Shown here: positions 36,421 to 47,814 of the stretch, piece by piece
Layout of the letters: every line of letters begins with the position of its first letter
Position numbering within the stretch: the stretch's first letter is position 1
Assembly (NCBI GenBank): GCA_010093995.1
Contig: ML992508.1
Coordinates: 1-64,000 of the forward strand
Reading direction: 5' to 3'
DNA: 64,000 nt
Source of the DNA: Elsinoe ampelina
Lineage: Eukaryota
The notes under the pieces: model-generated
What the model saw: the letters and a program-made list of their open reading frames with translations, nothing else
Databases searched by the model: none
What the model was told of the DNA's origin: nothing
Made by a program: the position numbers and the translations under genes

Positions 36421-38949
36421 ATGACTGATAACAATATTTCGCAGAGAGTGGAAGAACTCGTCAAAGATGCTCGGCGCCTGCTGGAACAAAATGACCGCGC
36501 CGGAGCTTCAAAGGCAGCACGTGAGGCCCTGCAGCTGAAGCCTCAGCATCCCGCCACTTTGGACTTGTTGCAGGATCTTCAAAGCTCCCAATCGACATCG
36601 AGCGTAGTGGAAGCTGTCGAAACCTATACGACGAGTTGGAAGGCCGATGATGGCAAGGAGTGCCACCGCATCATCCAGGAGGATGCCGCCACATTGGATG
36701 ACAAGCAAGCCGATATCTGTCTAGGACTCTTTCTGGATCGAAGACACCCGAGAGAGGATAGCAATGGACCGGATATGTGCGTCAAAGAGCTGCTCAAGAC
36801 TTCTCCGGCCGCCAAAAGAGCCTTCATCCAGCGCTTCACCAAAAACCTCACCATCACGTTCGAGCGATTCTGGGAGCTGGGAGAAGGAGCGATTGTAATG
36901 ATGCTGTCATTCACTATGGACAAGTCTCTTTGGCCAGGTAGCACGGGGTACGACCAAATTTTGAGGGGAATGTTCCAACTACTTCTCACCAAGCTCATCG
37001 AGGCTGGACAGGAGAATACAGAATGGGCGGCCGGTGGTATAGTCATGCTCCTTCAAGCAGCGCCACAGCAGCTGAAGGATCTCTGCGATCCCGACGCATT
37101 CTCCATCGTGTTGGAGAATATGGATATCCGTTCTCCAGAAGAGCTCAGAAAGAGCTGCATGGGTGCCATGAAACTCATGCTAGATGTGACTGCAGAGGAC
37201 GGACAGAAGTGCCTCAAAAAGTATGTCACGGCCAAAGTCGCCAGAGGTACCAATGAAGACCTGATCCTGGCTTTCTCTGCGGCTTCAGCTACCTTTCCCA
37301 TCCTGCCAGGTCCCGCATCCCAGCTGTTCCTGACAGAAGGCTTCCTCCAGAACCTAATACCGAAGCTGCAGACCAACACCCGGCAGCCCGAAAATCGACG
37401 TAGTCACAAGCTTGAGCAATCGGCACTGGAACTAGTCAGTGCTGCCTGTCAGGACAAGGCATGTCGCACAGCAATTGCCAAGTACTGTATTGTGTGGCTC
37501 CAGGATGTGGCTGAGACTGGTACCGACCTTGCTGTGACCAGTCTGGCAGCATTGATCCTGGCAAAGACGCATAATGTCAAAGATGATACTGTCTCCCCAG
37601 TATTTTCAAGAGATCCAGAACACTTGTGTGGACTTCTCGCAAACATGCTTATAAATTCCAAGACAGATCAAGAAGTTCGCCACAGCATCGAGGGCTTGAG
37701 CTACTTGTCCATGGAGTCAAAGGTCAAAGAGACGATGATTAACAACGCAGACCTTCTCAAGAGACTCGTCAGACTTTTGAATGAAACAGGAAAGGAAAGC
37801 TGGGCTATCGATATGGGATGCTTGACCATCTTCAGCTTTCTCACAATGTATCGGGAGAAGCGCAGTGATGAACAACAAAAGGTCGAGCAACTCAAAGCAT
37901 ACTCCGAAGCATCTCGACCGCTGCCAGAGGATCCGCTGGACGACGATGAGCATGTACTCGCACGCTGTCGTAAAGTCCTGGCCACGGAAGCGATCCCAGC
38001 CATGATCTCTCGGATCAAGAATGTCAAGGACAGCCAACTGATGTGGATCTCCAAGACCATCTCGGCCATTGCCCAAGAGCCCAAGTCACGAGGTCGGCTC
38101 TCTCAGCTAGGAGCCGTGAAGGCGCTTATCACAATCCATAACCGTCTCAAGGATCACCCCAGTCAAGGCACAAACGCTGACACACTCACCACGACTTCCC
38201 ACGCCCTAGCCAAGATCCTGATATCGGTCAACCCCAATCACACCTTCTCCTCCTCACTCCCAGCAACGACCTGTGTACGACCCCTCGCCGACCTTCTCTA
38301 CGTGCAAAGCAACGAACAAGCCTCCCTTCTCGCCACGTTCGAAGCCTTGCTCGCCCTCACGAACCTCGCTTCCATGGACGCCGAAGCCGCCCGCGAGCTG
38401 CTCATTCGTGACTACCATGATCAAGTCTTTGATCTGCTCCTGTACGAGAACAGAATGGTCTCTCGCGCAGCGACGGAATTGATCTGCAACCTCATGGCAT
38501 CGCCCCAGATGGTGGCGCTATACGCAGATGGGTCGAAAGCGGCGAAGCACCACTTACTCGTCCTTCTAGCTGTGACGGACAGCATGGATGGACCGCAGCG
38601 ATCGGCTGCAGGAGGGGCATTGGCGCAGTTGACTGGCTGGGACAAAGGGGTTGAGGCTGTATTGGAGCAGGATAAGCATGTTCAGAGGCTTGTGAATATC
38701 TGCCGGAAGGACCACGAGGATGGAAGTGGAGAGACACCAGATTGGACAGGGATGGTGCATAGAGGGCTGGTATGTCTGATGAACTTGACCGAGGTGCCAG
38801 GACCATTGCAGGAGAAGGGCAGGAGGATGGTCAGAGAGCAGGGTGGAAAGGAAGTGCTGGAAGGGGTGATGCGGGATCTGAAAGGGAACGGGGAGATGGA
38901 GAAGATGGCGCGAGAGCTGGCTGGGGTCATATTGCAAAAGTTGAAATGA
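36421..38949 (+). CDS. cro1: UCS-domain myosin chaperone (She4/CRO1/UNC-45 family)
   Basis: ALAKILISVNP, FEALLALTNLAS, RAATELICNL, AAGGALA and MVHRGLVCL; single 842-aa ARM-like ORF. Confidence 0.9.
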   Translation: MTDNNISQRVEELVKDARRLLEQNDRAGASKAAREALQLKPQHPATLDLLQDLQSSQSTSSVVEAVETYTTSWKADDGKECHRIIQEDAATLDDKQADICLGLFLDRRHPREDSNGPDMCVKELLKTSPAAKRAFIQRFTKNLTITFERFWELGEGAIVMMLSFTMDKSLWPGSTGYDQILRGMFQLLLTKLIEAGQENTEWAAGGIVMLLQAAPQQLKDLCDPDAFSIVLENMDIRSPEELRKSCMGAMKLMLDVTAEDGQKCLKKYVTAKVARGTNEDLILAFSAASATFPILPGPASQLFLTEGFLQNLIPKLQTNTRQPENRRSHKLEQSALELVSAACQDKACRTAIAKYCIVWLQDVAETGTDLAVTSLAALILAKTHNVKDDTVSPVFSRDPEHLCGLLANMLINSKTDQEVRHSIEGLSYLSMESKVKETMINNADLLKRLVRLLNETGKESWAIDMGCLTIFSFLTMYREKRSDEQQKVEQLKAYSEASRPLPEDPLDDDEHVLARCRKVLATEAIPAMISRIKNVKDSQLMWISKTISAIAQEPKSRGRLSQLGAVKALITIHNRLKDHPSQGTNADTLTTTSHALAKILISVNPNHTFSSSLPATTCVRPLADLLYVQSNEQASLLATFEALLALTNLASMDAEAARELLIRDYHDQVFDLLLYENRMVSRAATELICNLMASPQMVALYADGSKAAKHHLLVLLAVTDSMDGPQRSAAGGALAQLTGWDKGVEAVLEQDKHVQRLVNICRKDHEDGSGETPDWTGMVHRGLVCLMNLTEVPGPLQEKGRRMVREQGGKEVLEGVMRDLKGNGEMEKMARELAGVILQKLK

Positions 38950-38999
38950 TGATCATGAAATAGAGAAGAATGTTCTGGTAGGATATATATTAATGTAAC

Positions 39000-40002
39000 T
39001 CATGCCATCTTTCCAGGCACGAATGGATGACCCGCACTCAACCCGCCATCTACAGCCCACGCTTGCCCATTCACGTAGCTCGCCTCATCACTACCAAGGA
39101 ACAACGCTACTCTCGCCACCTCATCCGCCACGGCGCCTCTCTGCAACGGATTCAATTGTCCGATCTTCCTCTCCGTCCCCCTCTTCCTGGCCATCTCATA
39201 CATCTGACTTGTCATGCCCGTCTCGATCACGCCAGGGCAGATGGCATTACACCTGATCCCCGTCCCTGCAAGCTGATAACACGCCGTCTGCACAATGCTC
39301 ACCACCGCAGCCTTGCTGGCGCTGTAGTCTGTAGGTCCAGCATTACTCCTCAGCCCAGCTGTGGATGCTGTAGCAACCACGCTACCGCCCGGGTATGGCT
39401 TGTCCTTGCCGGTCTTCATCATGGCCCGGCTCCCATGTTTCGCGGCCAGGAACACAGACAGCGCATTCACTCTCATCGTCTCCATAAAGTCCTTTGCCGA
39501 AGCCTCCCATACTCTTCCCGAGGGTATAGCTATCCCTGCATTGGCGAAGAAAATGTCCAGTCGTCCGTACCGCGAGAGTGCATCGTCCACTACGCCCGCG
39601 ACATCTTCTTCTTTGCCGGCGTCCAGTTGCACGACGTGGATCTTGACCGAGGGATACAGGGAATTGAGCTCTCGCTTGTGCGTCTCGAGGTGTTGAGTAG
39701 AGAAGTCGCAGATGTACACGGCCTGGGCCTCATTGGCAGCGAATTGGTGGGCGGCGGCGCGGCCTATGCCGAGGGGGGAGTTTGTGCCTGGTCAGGAATG
39801 GTCAGAAGGGGAAAGAGGCATGATCAGAGATGAGATGGTTACCGGTGACAATGACGACCTTGCCTTTGACTCGTGGTCCATTGGAGGGTAGTTTGGCAAT
39901 GGTGGGGATCTTGGTAATGTCTTCAAACTTGCCGGGGTCGAGGCGGGGTACTGAGAGCTGCTCCGAGAGAGCGTCGAGGCGCTTTTTGGGAGCCGAAGTC
40001 AT
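39000..40002 (-). CDS. classical short-chain dehydrogenase/reductase (intron 39788-39842)
   Basis: Spliced VIVTGTNSPLGIG, plus FANAG, catalytic YSASK, CPGVIET and YVNGQAWAVDGG. Confidence 0.92.
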
Positions 40003-40273
40003 GTTTGCGGATGTTGAATTGGTCAATCGATGCGCAAAGAGGTGAGGAAGGAGGACTGTCGAGAAAATGAACTCGGCCTTGTTGGTTTGGAGCTGACTGA
40101 ACAACTGAACAACTGAGGAAGGAACGTCTGGAGATGCCGAGGTCCAGCGGAGGCTTCATACCAGCTTGTCGGGTCTGGGGTAACTTTGTGGATATATGTA
40201 TGTCTACAGCTCTAGTCTAGTCTCATCTTCTTGGACCCACCGGTGTATCTACAAGCCTAGTCCAAATCCATGT

Positions 40274-41092
40274 CTACTCTACCACAGTGTAGCTCACCCT
40301 ACTGTTGCCCTTACTCCTGCTAATCTTCTTGACTGTTGTCTTGCCACACTTGTCTGTCGTATGTACATGAGTGCCGCCACATGGATACACCTCTGCCCCA
40401 ACAATCCTCACCACCCGCAACTTTTCCTCCCACTCCTTGCCTCTCATTGCTTCAGGGATTAGCCTTTCCAGGCCCTCCCGCCTAAAGTCCTCTTCACTCC
40501 ACCAGTCAATCTCAACAGGCATAGCTTTTTCGAGATACTCATCGAGTTGCTTTTGAATCTCTGCTTTGTGCTCGCCACCTATGGATCCTTGAAACTCGCA
40601 ACCAGCAGAGTCGGGGAAGTGGGAGGCCTTCAGCTCGTCAAAGTTGGGCACTTTGTCTTGAAGTAGACGCCGTACTGCAGCTCCTAGGACGTGGCCAGCC
40701 GTGTGAAGACGAGAGTAATATATCCTCTTAGCAGAATCGATCTTTTGGCTGACTTGCTCGCCAACCTGGAAATGAGTGTCCGAAGAGAATTGACCCAGAT
40801 GGAGGACGTGACCGAGTCCTTCTGCATCAGTGCGAGCGGCTGTGACTGTGAATTTCGATGATGAGGAAGTGATTGTGCCAACATCTGATGGTTGACCACC
40901 TCCCTGAGGGTGGAAAATGGTCTCTTTGGTGACGACAACAAAATCATCTTCGGAGATCGACTTGAACAACCCTCTGTTGGCTTCTGACAGAGATGTGACA
41001 GAAGCCACAGATTGTATTGTCGTGTCTGTCTCGTGCAAATCTGCGTCGAAATGGAACGTCAAGTGTGTCTTGGATACCGATGTGTCCCCCAT
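40274..41092 (-). CDS. free-standing alanyl-tRNA editing protein AlaX (ThrRS/AlaRS editing domain)
   Basis: TIFHPQGGGQPSDVG, with Zn-binding RLHTAGH (HxxxH) and CGGTH (CxxxH); no aminoacylation domain. First AUG at 41092. Confidence 0.9.
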   Translation of the reverse strand: MGDTSVSKTHLTFHFDADLHETDTTIQSVASVTSLSEANRGLFKSISEDDFVVVTKETIFHPQGGGQPSDVGTITSSSSKFTVTAARTDAEGLGHVLHLGQFSSDTHFQVGEQVSQKIDSAKRIYYSRLHTAGHVLGAAVRRLLQDKVPNFDELKASHFPDSAGCEFQGSIGGEHKAEIQKQLDEYLEKAMPVEIDWWSEEDFRREGLERLIPEAMRGKEWEEKLRVVRIVGAEVYPCGGTHVHTTDKCGKTTVKKISRSKGNSRVSYTVVE

Positions 41093-41700
41093 GGTGGCGA
41101 GGTGCCTGCGGTGTGATGTGTAGAAGGCTTGTTTTGGGCTCTCGATATTTCTCCCAGATAGGGAATGGCAACTCGATGCGAAAGGATAAATCCTGACAGC
41201 CTGGTATGCGAGTAAATTTCTGATACGAGCTTGTGTACAGTATGTAGTCGAAGAAAGGCCCTTCTTACGGACTGTGCACGCCCAAAGGGAGCCAGCCCGT
41301 GACTTCGTGACGAATGTCACACCGTAGGTCGTAAATCTGTCGATGGGAGGGGTATCTCACTGTCTTCCGAATCTGAGAAGATACGTGGATGATTAGATTG
41401 AATCTCAAGAGACCTTCTCAAATGGCGAATCATGGTAGAGGAAGGAAATATTTCATGACTGTCTTCTGAAGCCCCTTCGGATCACCGCGCCCTACGGACA
41501 TTAGTCACAACAAACAGTCCACAGGTATCGTTCTTATCATGTGCTCATCAATCGGTCTCGCCTTGGGAGAAACGGACTGTCACAAAGGTGAACGCTGAAC
41601 AATACTTTGATGCCAAAAGCAAAATGTAGCTTTGTTCACTATATAACACCCCCTGGTCTTCCACCACCCAAACGCCAGAAATACGCCCAGTCCCGACTGC

Positions 41701-42198
41701 CTACTTGGCAATGGTCCAGGAAACCTCGATACCCTGACCAGGCTTGCCACCCTTGTACAGACAAGGCATGGACCCGGCACCCTTGAAGTTGACGTTGCCA
41801 AATGCGTGCAGGCTACCATCTCCACCGCCGTACTTTGTGATAGAGTCGCGGATCAAGTCGCCGATGTCTTCATTGCCGAGATAAGCCACCGTTCCCTCCG
41901 GCACGTCGCCGGTGACCGCAGCGTAGAATGTGCAGGAGCCATATCGGGCCACCTTGCCACCGCTGGCGGTGATGTCCCATGTATGGTGGCGCGGGTAGAC
42001 ATAGTCTCGGAGCTTGGCGCAGTCTTGAACTTTGGCGTTGCCACTGACTACACCGTCGATAACCTTGGAGAAGCCTGAGCCACCACATCGGTTGTCACGT
42101 GTCTGGAGAGGCGTGGCCAGAGACTGGTCGTCGGCGACAGGAGCGGCGAGGGCGCCAACCGCGAAGGCACCAATGGTGACTGCGTTGATGAGCTGCAT
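41701..42198 (-). CDS. secreted Ecp2/Hce2-like small cysteine-containing effector, 165 aa
   Basis: Signal peptide, propeptide ending LQTR, and four Cys in an Hce2-like pattern: CGGSGF, A..DC..L, YGSC.F, LGNEDIGDLIRDSI, GAGSMPC, VSWTI. Confidence 0.8.
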   Translation of the reverse strand: MQLINAVTIGAFAVGALAAPVADDQSLATPLQTRDNRCGGSGFSKVIDGVVSGNAKVQDCAKLRDYVYPRHHTWDITASGGKVARYGSCTFYAAVTGDVPEGTVAYLGNEDIGDLIRDSITKYGGGDGSLHAFGNVNFKGAGSMPCLYKGGKPGQGIEVSWTIAK

Positions 42199-43267
42199 TG
42201 TCGGAATGTTTTGGGATGTGAGTTGCTGGTGAATTTTTGGGTAGTTGTTGCTGTGATGGATGATCAGGTAGAGGCTTGGAGATGGAATTCCTCAATGGCA
42301 TCAGGACTTCGCTTTATATCTTCTACTCGACCTTTGACCCTCATCTCCATCGTTTCGAAGCACGTAGAAGATTGTTATTTTTGGACTCAGCCCTCGCGCC
42401 GTACCTACACTTGCAATCACACGGAGACACGCACCATCGTTGTCAGTAGGGTACCCAGCGGAAGGTTCCGAGCATGAGCAGGCACCGGAAAGGCTTGGTA
42501 CGTATCTCAGAAATCACCTGTACCAAAAGACTAGGGCGATAAATAGGTCTGAGGTGTGTGTGGTGTGGATGAACGAGTCTGAAATCGGCTCGATTGCCCG
42601 GAAAAAGCAAACTTTCAAGTCGGGTCACATGATCTTTGCGCTTACCCTAGGATGGTAATTTCCGGCCATTCCGAGTCTTTTGCCCGGACATGCTGGACGG
42701 ATGTCTGGTTTGGCCGCCCGCTTTCTTGCTGCAAATTTGTTGTTGATGCAGTACTGTATGCGTCGCCGACCTCGATATGAGACATGTTCCTAGTTTTGCA
42801 AGTATTCGATGGCAGAACAACGCTTGATGATACGACTCGTGGCGCCTATTCGACCATCTATAAATCCAAGCGATATCTGACCTCTGATTTCGATTCAGGA
42901 CAAATATTCCAGCCCTGGCCGACGCGACGAAATGATACGAGCATCTTCCTGCCAAGCGTCAAGAAATAGGGCCACTTGTTGAGAAGTAGGCTGTAAATTA
43001 CATGCAGTCTGACTCTGACATGAAACATCCGCAGCCCTGGGCTCGACCTCCTTTTCATCACTGTTTGATGTCATGCTAGAGGTAAAAAGTACTGTAGGTC
43101 TTCTTCTCATAGCATGAGTCCAATAATAGATTGACATTCGCTTCTGCGGGTATGGCTCGGAACAAGGCGCCCGCCCAACGGTCGCTTGCACATGAGCGAA
43201 GACTCCTGGTATGCCGAAGCTGCTACTTCAGGTCTGCATTTCGTGCCTTCGAGTACGCTCACGGTGT

Positions 43268-44342
43268 TTACATTATAGCCAGAGTATTCGCCGTCGTAGC
43301 TGCACCACCATCAATATTCAATGGTGCCACGGTCAAGAAACAAGTCCACCTCCTCTCCTTCTCGCACAGCTCAGCCAAAGCTTCTAGGTCTAACAGCTCT
43401 CCCAGCATCATCCCCCATCCGGGTATAGCCATCGAATGCAGCTTCAGCCAACTTCCATCACTGGCCGGTATTGCTTCCACCGCGATCGCATCGCTTCCGA
43501 CGGCGGCGAAGTTACTGTCCCAGATCCACTCAAGCAGATCCGGCGTGGGATCCAGCCCAATCGAGGATTGAGAATCGACAGGCATCTTATCCTCTGGACC
43601 GTGAGAGCGGAGATACTTGCTCAGACCTGTACGGACGAGGAGTACGTCACCTTGACGGATCTCAATGGCTTGCTCGCGGATCATGTCCTTCAGCTGAGCG
43701 AGGGTGATTGCATAACCGTCTATTGCTGAGTAAGATATATCATGGGCGGCGGCGTAGCGGACAAAGTCGAGGAGAACACCGCGAGCCACAATGCCTCCTC
43801 GTTCCGAAAGCGACTGAATGGCCAGGCGGCGGTCGTTACGATTTTCGCCCGCATCCGACCAGGGGACGTTCTGGTAATAGCAGGCTCGTTCTTGGTTGGG
43901 CCAATGCACTGCAATAGTCAGTTGATTGATACGGACCGAGACTAAGTGTCAGTACGCAAGCCATCCCATTGACTGCTACTCTGGGTGTTGATGTGGATCT
44001 CGTCATCGCAGTATTTCATGCCATGAGCGCCGGAGAGAAAGTTGGGAGTGAACTCCTTGCGACCCATGCGTGAGACGTGGTATGGAATGTGCATTGGCAG
44101 ACTGGTATGTCGTGGTCAAAGGGAGTTGTCGCAACAGTCGTAGGGGAATCATACTTGAGAACCACAGATCTCCCAAGCTTGATTTCCTCCTTTGCTGCCA
44201 GCACGGTCTCGGGAGTAATGAAGTTCAGTGTGCCATACACGTCGACTTTGCCATCTTTGTCAAATACACCCCACCCAGCTCCTGCTGGTGCCCCTGCCTG
44301 GATCGGCAGCTCACGGTACTTTGGTACTGTGATGGGAGACAT
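43268..44342 (-). CDS. putative cyclase / kynurenine formamidase-like metal-dependent hydrolase (introns 44102-44154, 43909-43955)
   Basis: WGVF...GTLNFIT, spliced DDEIHINTQSSSQWDGLLHW, GIVARGVLLD, GDVLLVRTG, AAVGSDAIAVE and GELLDLEALAE. Confidence 0.88.
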
Positions 44343-44758
44343 TGAATGCGCAATGAGAGTGGTCTCAGATGCAAGCAAAAACGATGTCAGAAGAAAGAAG
44401 ATGTGTTTAAAACTAGCCGACCTCATTGCCATTCCTCTACCTGTGTGAACGTCACTCTTGTGCTTGCCTCAGACTGTGATCGCTTAAAGAGTGATTGGAC
44501 TAGGTGCGGGGACGGCTGAGAAGCTAAGCACCGATAGGTACACTAACTGCGTAATGTTGAATGATCAGCAGTGTACATTCACCAAGATCTCCTACCACTG
44601 CAGAGGGTTCATTCGCGACATGGAAAACGGTCACGTAAGGTGATGTGACCGAAACAATCGCGCTGGACGAGGTGGCTCCTGAGCTCCACTCTCCGGAGCG
44701 ACGTCCGCCATCTATCACTCCTCGGCGTGACGCATGTGATCTTTCCTTTGGATGTGCT

Positions 44759-45523
44759 TCACCTCGGGAGTCTGACACCAGACAGCTGCTCGCAGATACC
44801 TAGAAATTCTTCCTGCTTGTTCACATCCTGCGCCGCCTTGTGTGGCTTACTTACCTTCCTGGCCTTGTAGAGTTGACCACTAACAGCTCCATTGCCTGAT
44901 GCTAGCCATGTCAATGTGTCTGCCCCTTGATCAGCAGTTCCGGGCGCACCAGAACCACCCATCTTTGTCTGCACCCAACCTGGATCCACAGCGTCGCTTT
45001 GAACATCCGCCCAGTGACGTGCTGCTGCAAAAGCAAAAATGACATTGTGCAGCTTCGAGTCACAGTATGCCTGAAAGCCATTCCACTGCCTGCCAGACGT
45101 CCAAGCCACGTCCTTTAGACTTCCGTCTCCTCCTGAATGTAATTCCGAGCTTGTGAAGACCAGCCTCTTCGGTCGGTCCATCAACGCTGTCAGGACGTAC
45201 GGAGCTAGACTGTTGACCGCAAAGACCATAGATACCCCATCTTCCGTCTTCTTGTATGGCTGAGAGTAGCCGATGCCCGCGTTGTAGAGGACTGTGTCGA
45301 AGGCACCGGTCTTATTGGCTTCAGTGGCTAGTTGCTTCATGCCATTGACAGTGCTGATGTCGGAGATGAGCACGGCTTCCGCTCCTGGTGCTTGTTCTTG
45401 GGCTTCAGAGGCTCGCTGCTGGTTGCGGGCGTGTAAGGTGACTCGGTGTCCTTGAGAGATGAGCTTCTGCGCTGCCACGAGGCCGAGACCGTCGGAAGAG
45501 CCTGTGATGAGTACGCGAGACAT
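44759..45523 (-). CDS. short-chain dehydrogenase/reductase (intronless)
   Basis: VLITGSSDGLG, YNAG, catalytic YCDSK and VDPGWVQTKMGG. Confidence 0.92.
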   Translation of the reverse strand: MSRVLITGSSDGLGLVAAQKLISQGHRVTLHARNQQRASEAQEQAPGAEAVLISDISTVNGMKQLATEANKTGAFDTVLYNAGIGYSQPYKKTEDGVSMVFAVNSLAPYVLTALMDRPKRLVFTSSELHSGGDGSLKDVAWTSGRQWNGFQAYCDSKLHNVIFAFAAARHWADVQSDAVDPGWVQTKMGGSGAPGTADQGADTLTWLASGNGAVSGQLYKARKVSKPHKAAQDVNKQEEFLGICEQLSGVRLPR

Positions 45524-46110
45524 GATCTGGTAGTCACAAAAATTTGACCTACCTCTTGAACACCCTTCAATGGATCAGTAGCTGGTAATGACGTTTGCTC
45601 GAGAGAGGTTGATCAGCAAAATCTCATCAAATGCCCGGATTCTATCACGGAGATTGACCAAGTCCGGCCATTGCATTTGTTCCACCTTGGAGACAACTCT
45701 GAATTCCTGATTCTTTGCGGTCAGACCATGACTTGGAAATGCAGAAAGTATGTCGTGAGATGAGTGTCAATCAGGCGGGACCTTTCCAGAGGCCCTATGC
45801 TCACGAAGCGGGGCAAAGCTGTTGGGAACGCGTGCTGGCATTCCATGCAAGACTATGCTGCGATCAAAGTGCTGACAAGACGGTGAGGCATGCCGGAATA
45901 GAGGAATGGCATGCCCTGCAGGAGCACGGAGGATGCTCATTGGGGAAGGACCAACACCCCGCTATAGAGCTCCCAAATACTAGCGCAGATCCATAAGCTT
46001 ACTCATGGGGTATAAAGAGTGCTCGATATCGAGGGTGAGGTCGAAGCTGCTGGTAGGACTTTTCTTTTCCTGGTATCCATCATTCTCGTCCTTTGAATCG
46101 TAACATCACA

Positions 46111-47814
46111 ATGGCTACACCTGTTGCTCCTGTTGCACCATCCACAGGCTTCGGCGGGATCGCCGTCAAGCCCCCCGGGAAGATCGAAACCAGGCTCTTC
46201 ATCAATGACGAGGTATGGTGAACCAAGATTACATGACACCTACGAGACGCTGACATGATTCTAGTTCAAAGACGCCTCAGACGGCAAGACTTTCAAGGTC
46301 ATCAACCCGGCCAACCTCGATGTGACTGCCCAAGGTGAGTACGTCCGCAAGCAGGATTTGTTCAGCAGCTGATCTGGCACAAGTCGCCGAAGCTACCGTT
46401 GACGACACCAATGCGGCTGTCGCAGCCGCCAAAGCTGCCTTCCCAGCATGGTCTGCCCTCAGCCCAGACGAACGTGGCAAGCCAATGGCATGGCCAAGAT
46501 GGCTCAGCTGATCCGTGAGCACGCCGGTACATTTGCTTACCTCGAGGCCATCTCCATGGGCAAGCCAGTGTCACAGTACTTCGACTGGCAATTTGCCCTC
46601 GACTTCTGGGAATTCTACTCCCGTGCCGGCTGGATTGCTCATGGCAAGACATCGGTCAACACGCCTGGCATCTTCGGAATGACACTTCGCCAGCCATATG
46701 GCGTGACTGCGGGTATCATCCCATGGAATGCACCATTGATCTTCTTGTCCTGGAAGGCTGCTGCAGCCCTCGGTGCTGGCAATACTGTTGTGATTAAGAG
46801 CAGTGAAAAGGCGCCACTTACGGTCCGTCACCTGCCTTTGTATCCACTCACAACTTGCTGACCAATAGACAGAGTGCTTTCTTCGCCACTCTCATCAACG
46901 AGGCGGGCTTCCCCCCAGGTGTACTGAACATCCTGTCTGGGCATGGGACTCCTTGTGGTGCTACCCTCGCTGAGCACATGGACGTGCGATGCATCTCGTT
47001 CACTGGCTCTGGTAGAACTGGTCGACTCATTCAACAAGCTGCGGCAAAGTCCAACCTCAAGAATGTCGTCCTCGAACTCGGCGGCAAGAGTCCTCTGGTA
47101 GTCCTGGATGATTGCGATCTACAGCAAGCCATTGGTGACGCCATGTTCAGTATACAGGTCATGTCCGGACAAGCTTGCATGGCCAGCAGTCGAGTGTATG
47201 TCCAAGATACGATCGCCGAGAAGTTCATCGAGGGGTACAAGGCGGCCATGTCCTCCGTCAAGCCCGGTAACCCTCTGGACGCCAACACCATGCATGGACC
47301 CCAAGCGGATCAGATTCAGCAGGATACCGTCAAGAAGTATATCCAGCTTGGCAAGGAAAGTGGTGCTGAAGTACTGCTCGGAGGCGAAGATTACAAGGGA
47401 CAAGGTGAGGGTTTCCATAATCCCATTTCACACCGAGCTGACACCATGCAAGGTCACTATGTCCTGCCGACCATCTTCAAAAATATGCCCGAGGATTCCC
47501 GTTTGATGCGTGAAGAAGTCTTTGGAACTGTGGTCAATATCAGCACTTTCAAGACCGATGACGAAGTGCTCGCCAAAGCCAATGACACCGAGTACGGCCT
47601 TTACGCATCGGTCTACACCAAGAACATCGATCGCGCGTTAAAGTTCGCAAAAGGCATGGAGGCTGGTACTGTAGGCGTCAACGTGACAAGTCCTACCATT
47701 GTCAAAGACTTGCCGTTCGGTGGCTACAAGACCAGCGGCGTAGGTCGTGAAGGTCTCCAAGAATCGTTAGACCACTATCTCGAGACTAAGACGGTCCTCA
47801 TGAAAATGAGCTAG
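46111..47814 (+). pseudogene. aldehyde dehydrogenase frameshifted by an ATGGC duplication (introns 46213-46264, 46335-46383, 46823-46872, 47405-47452)
   Basis: RLFINDE, PWNAP, KSSEKAP, FTGS, ELGGKSP, catalytic GQAC, EEVFG and PFGGYKTSG are all present. The exon-3 frame reads ...ERGKPMAWPRWLS* (TGA 46509-46511) unless one ATGGC copy at 46485-46494 is removed. An assembly error is possible. Confidence 0.75.

Noticed and set aside
39027..39833. 268-aa plus-strand ORF
   Set aside because: Antisense shadow of the SDR.
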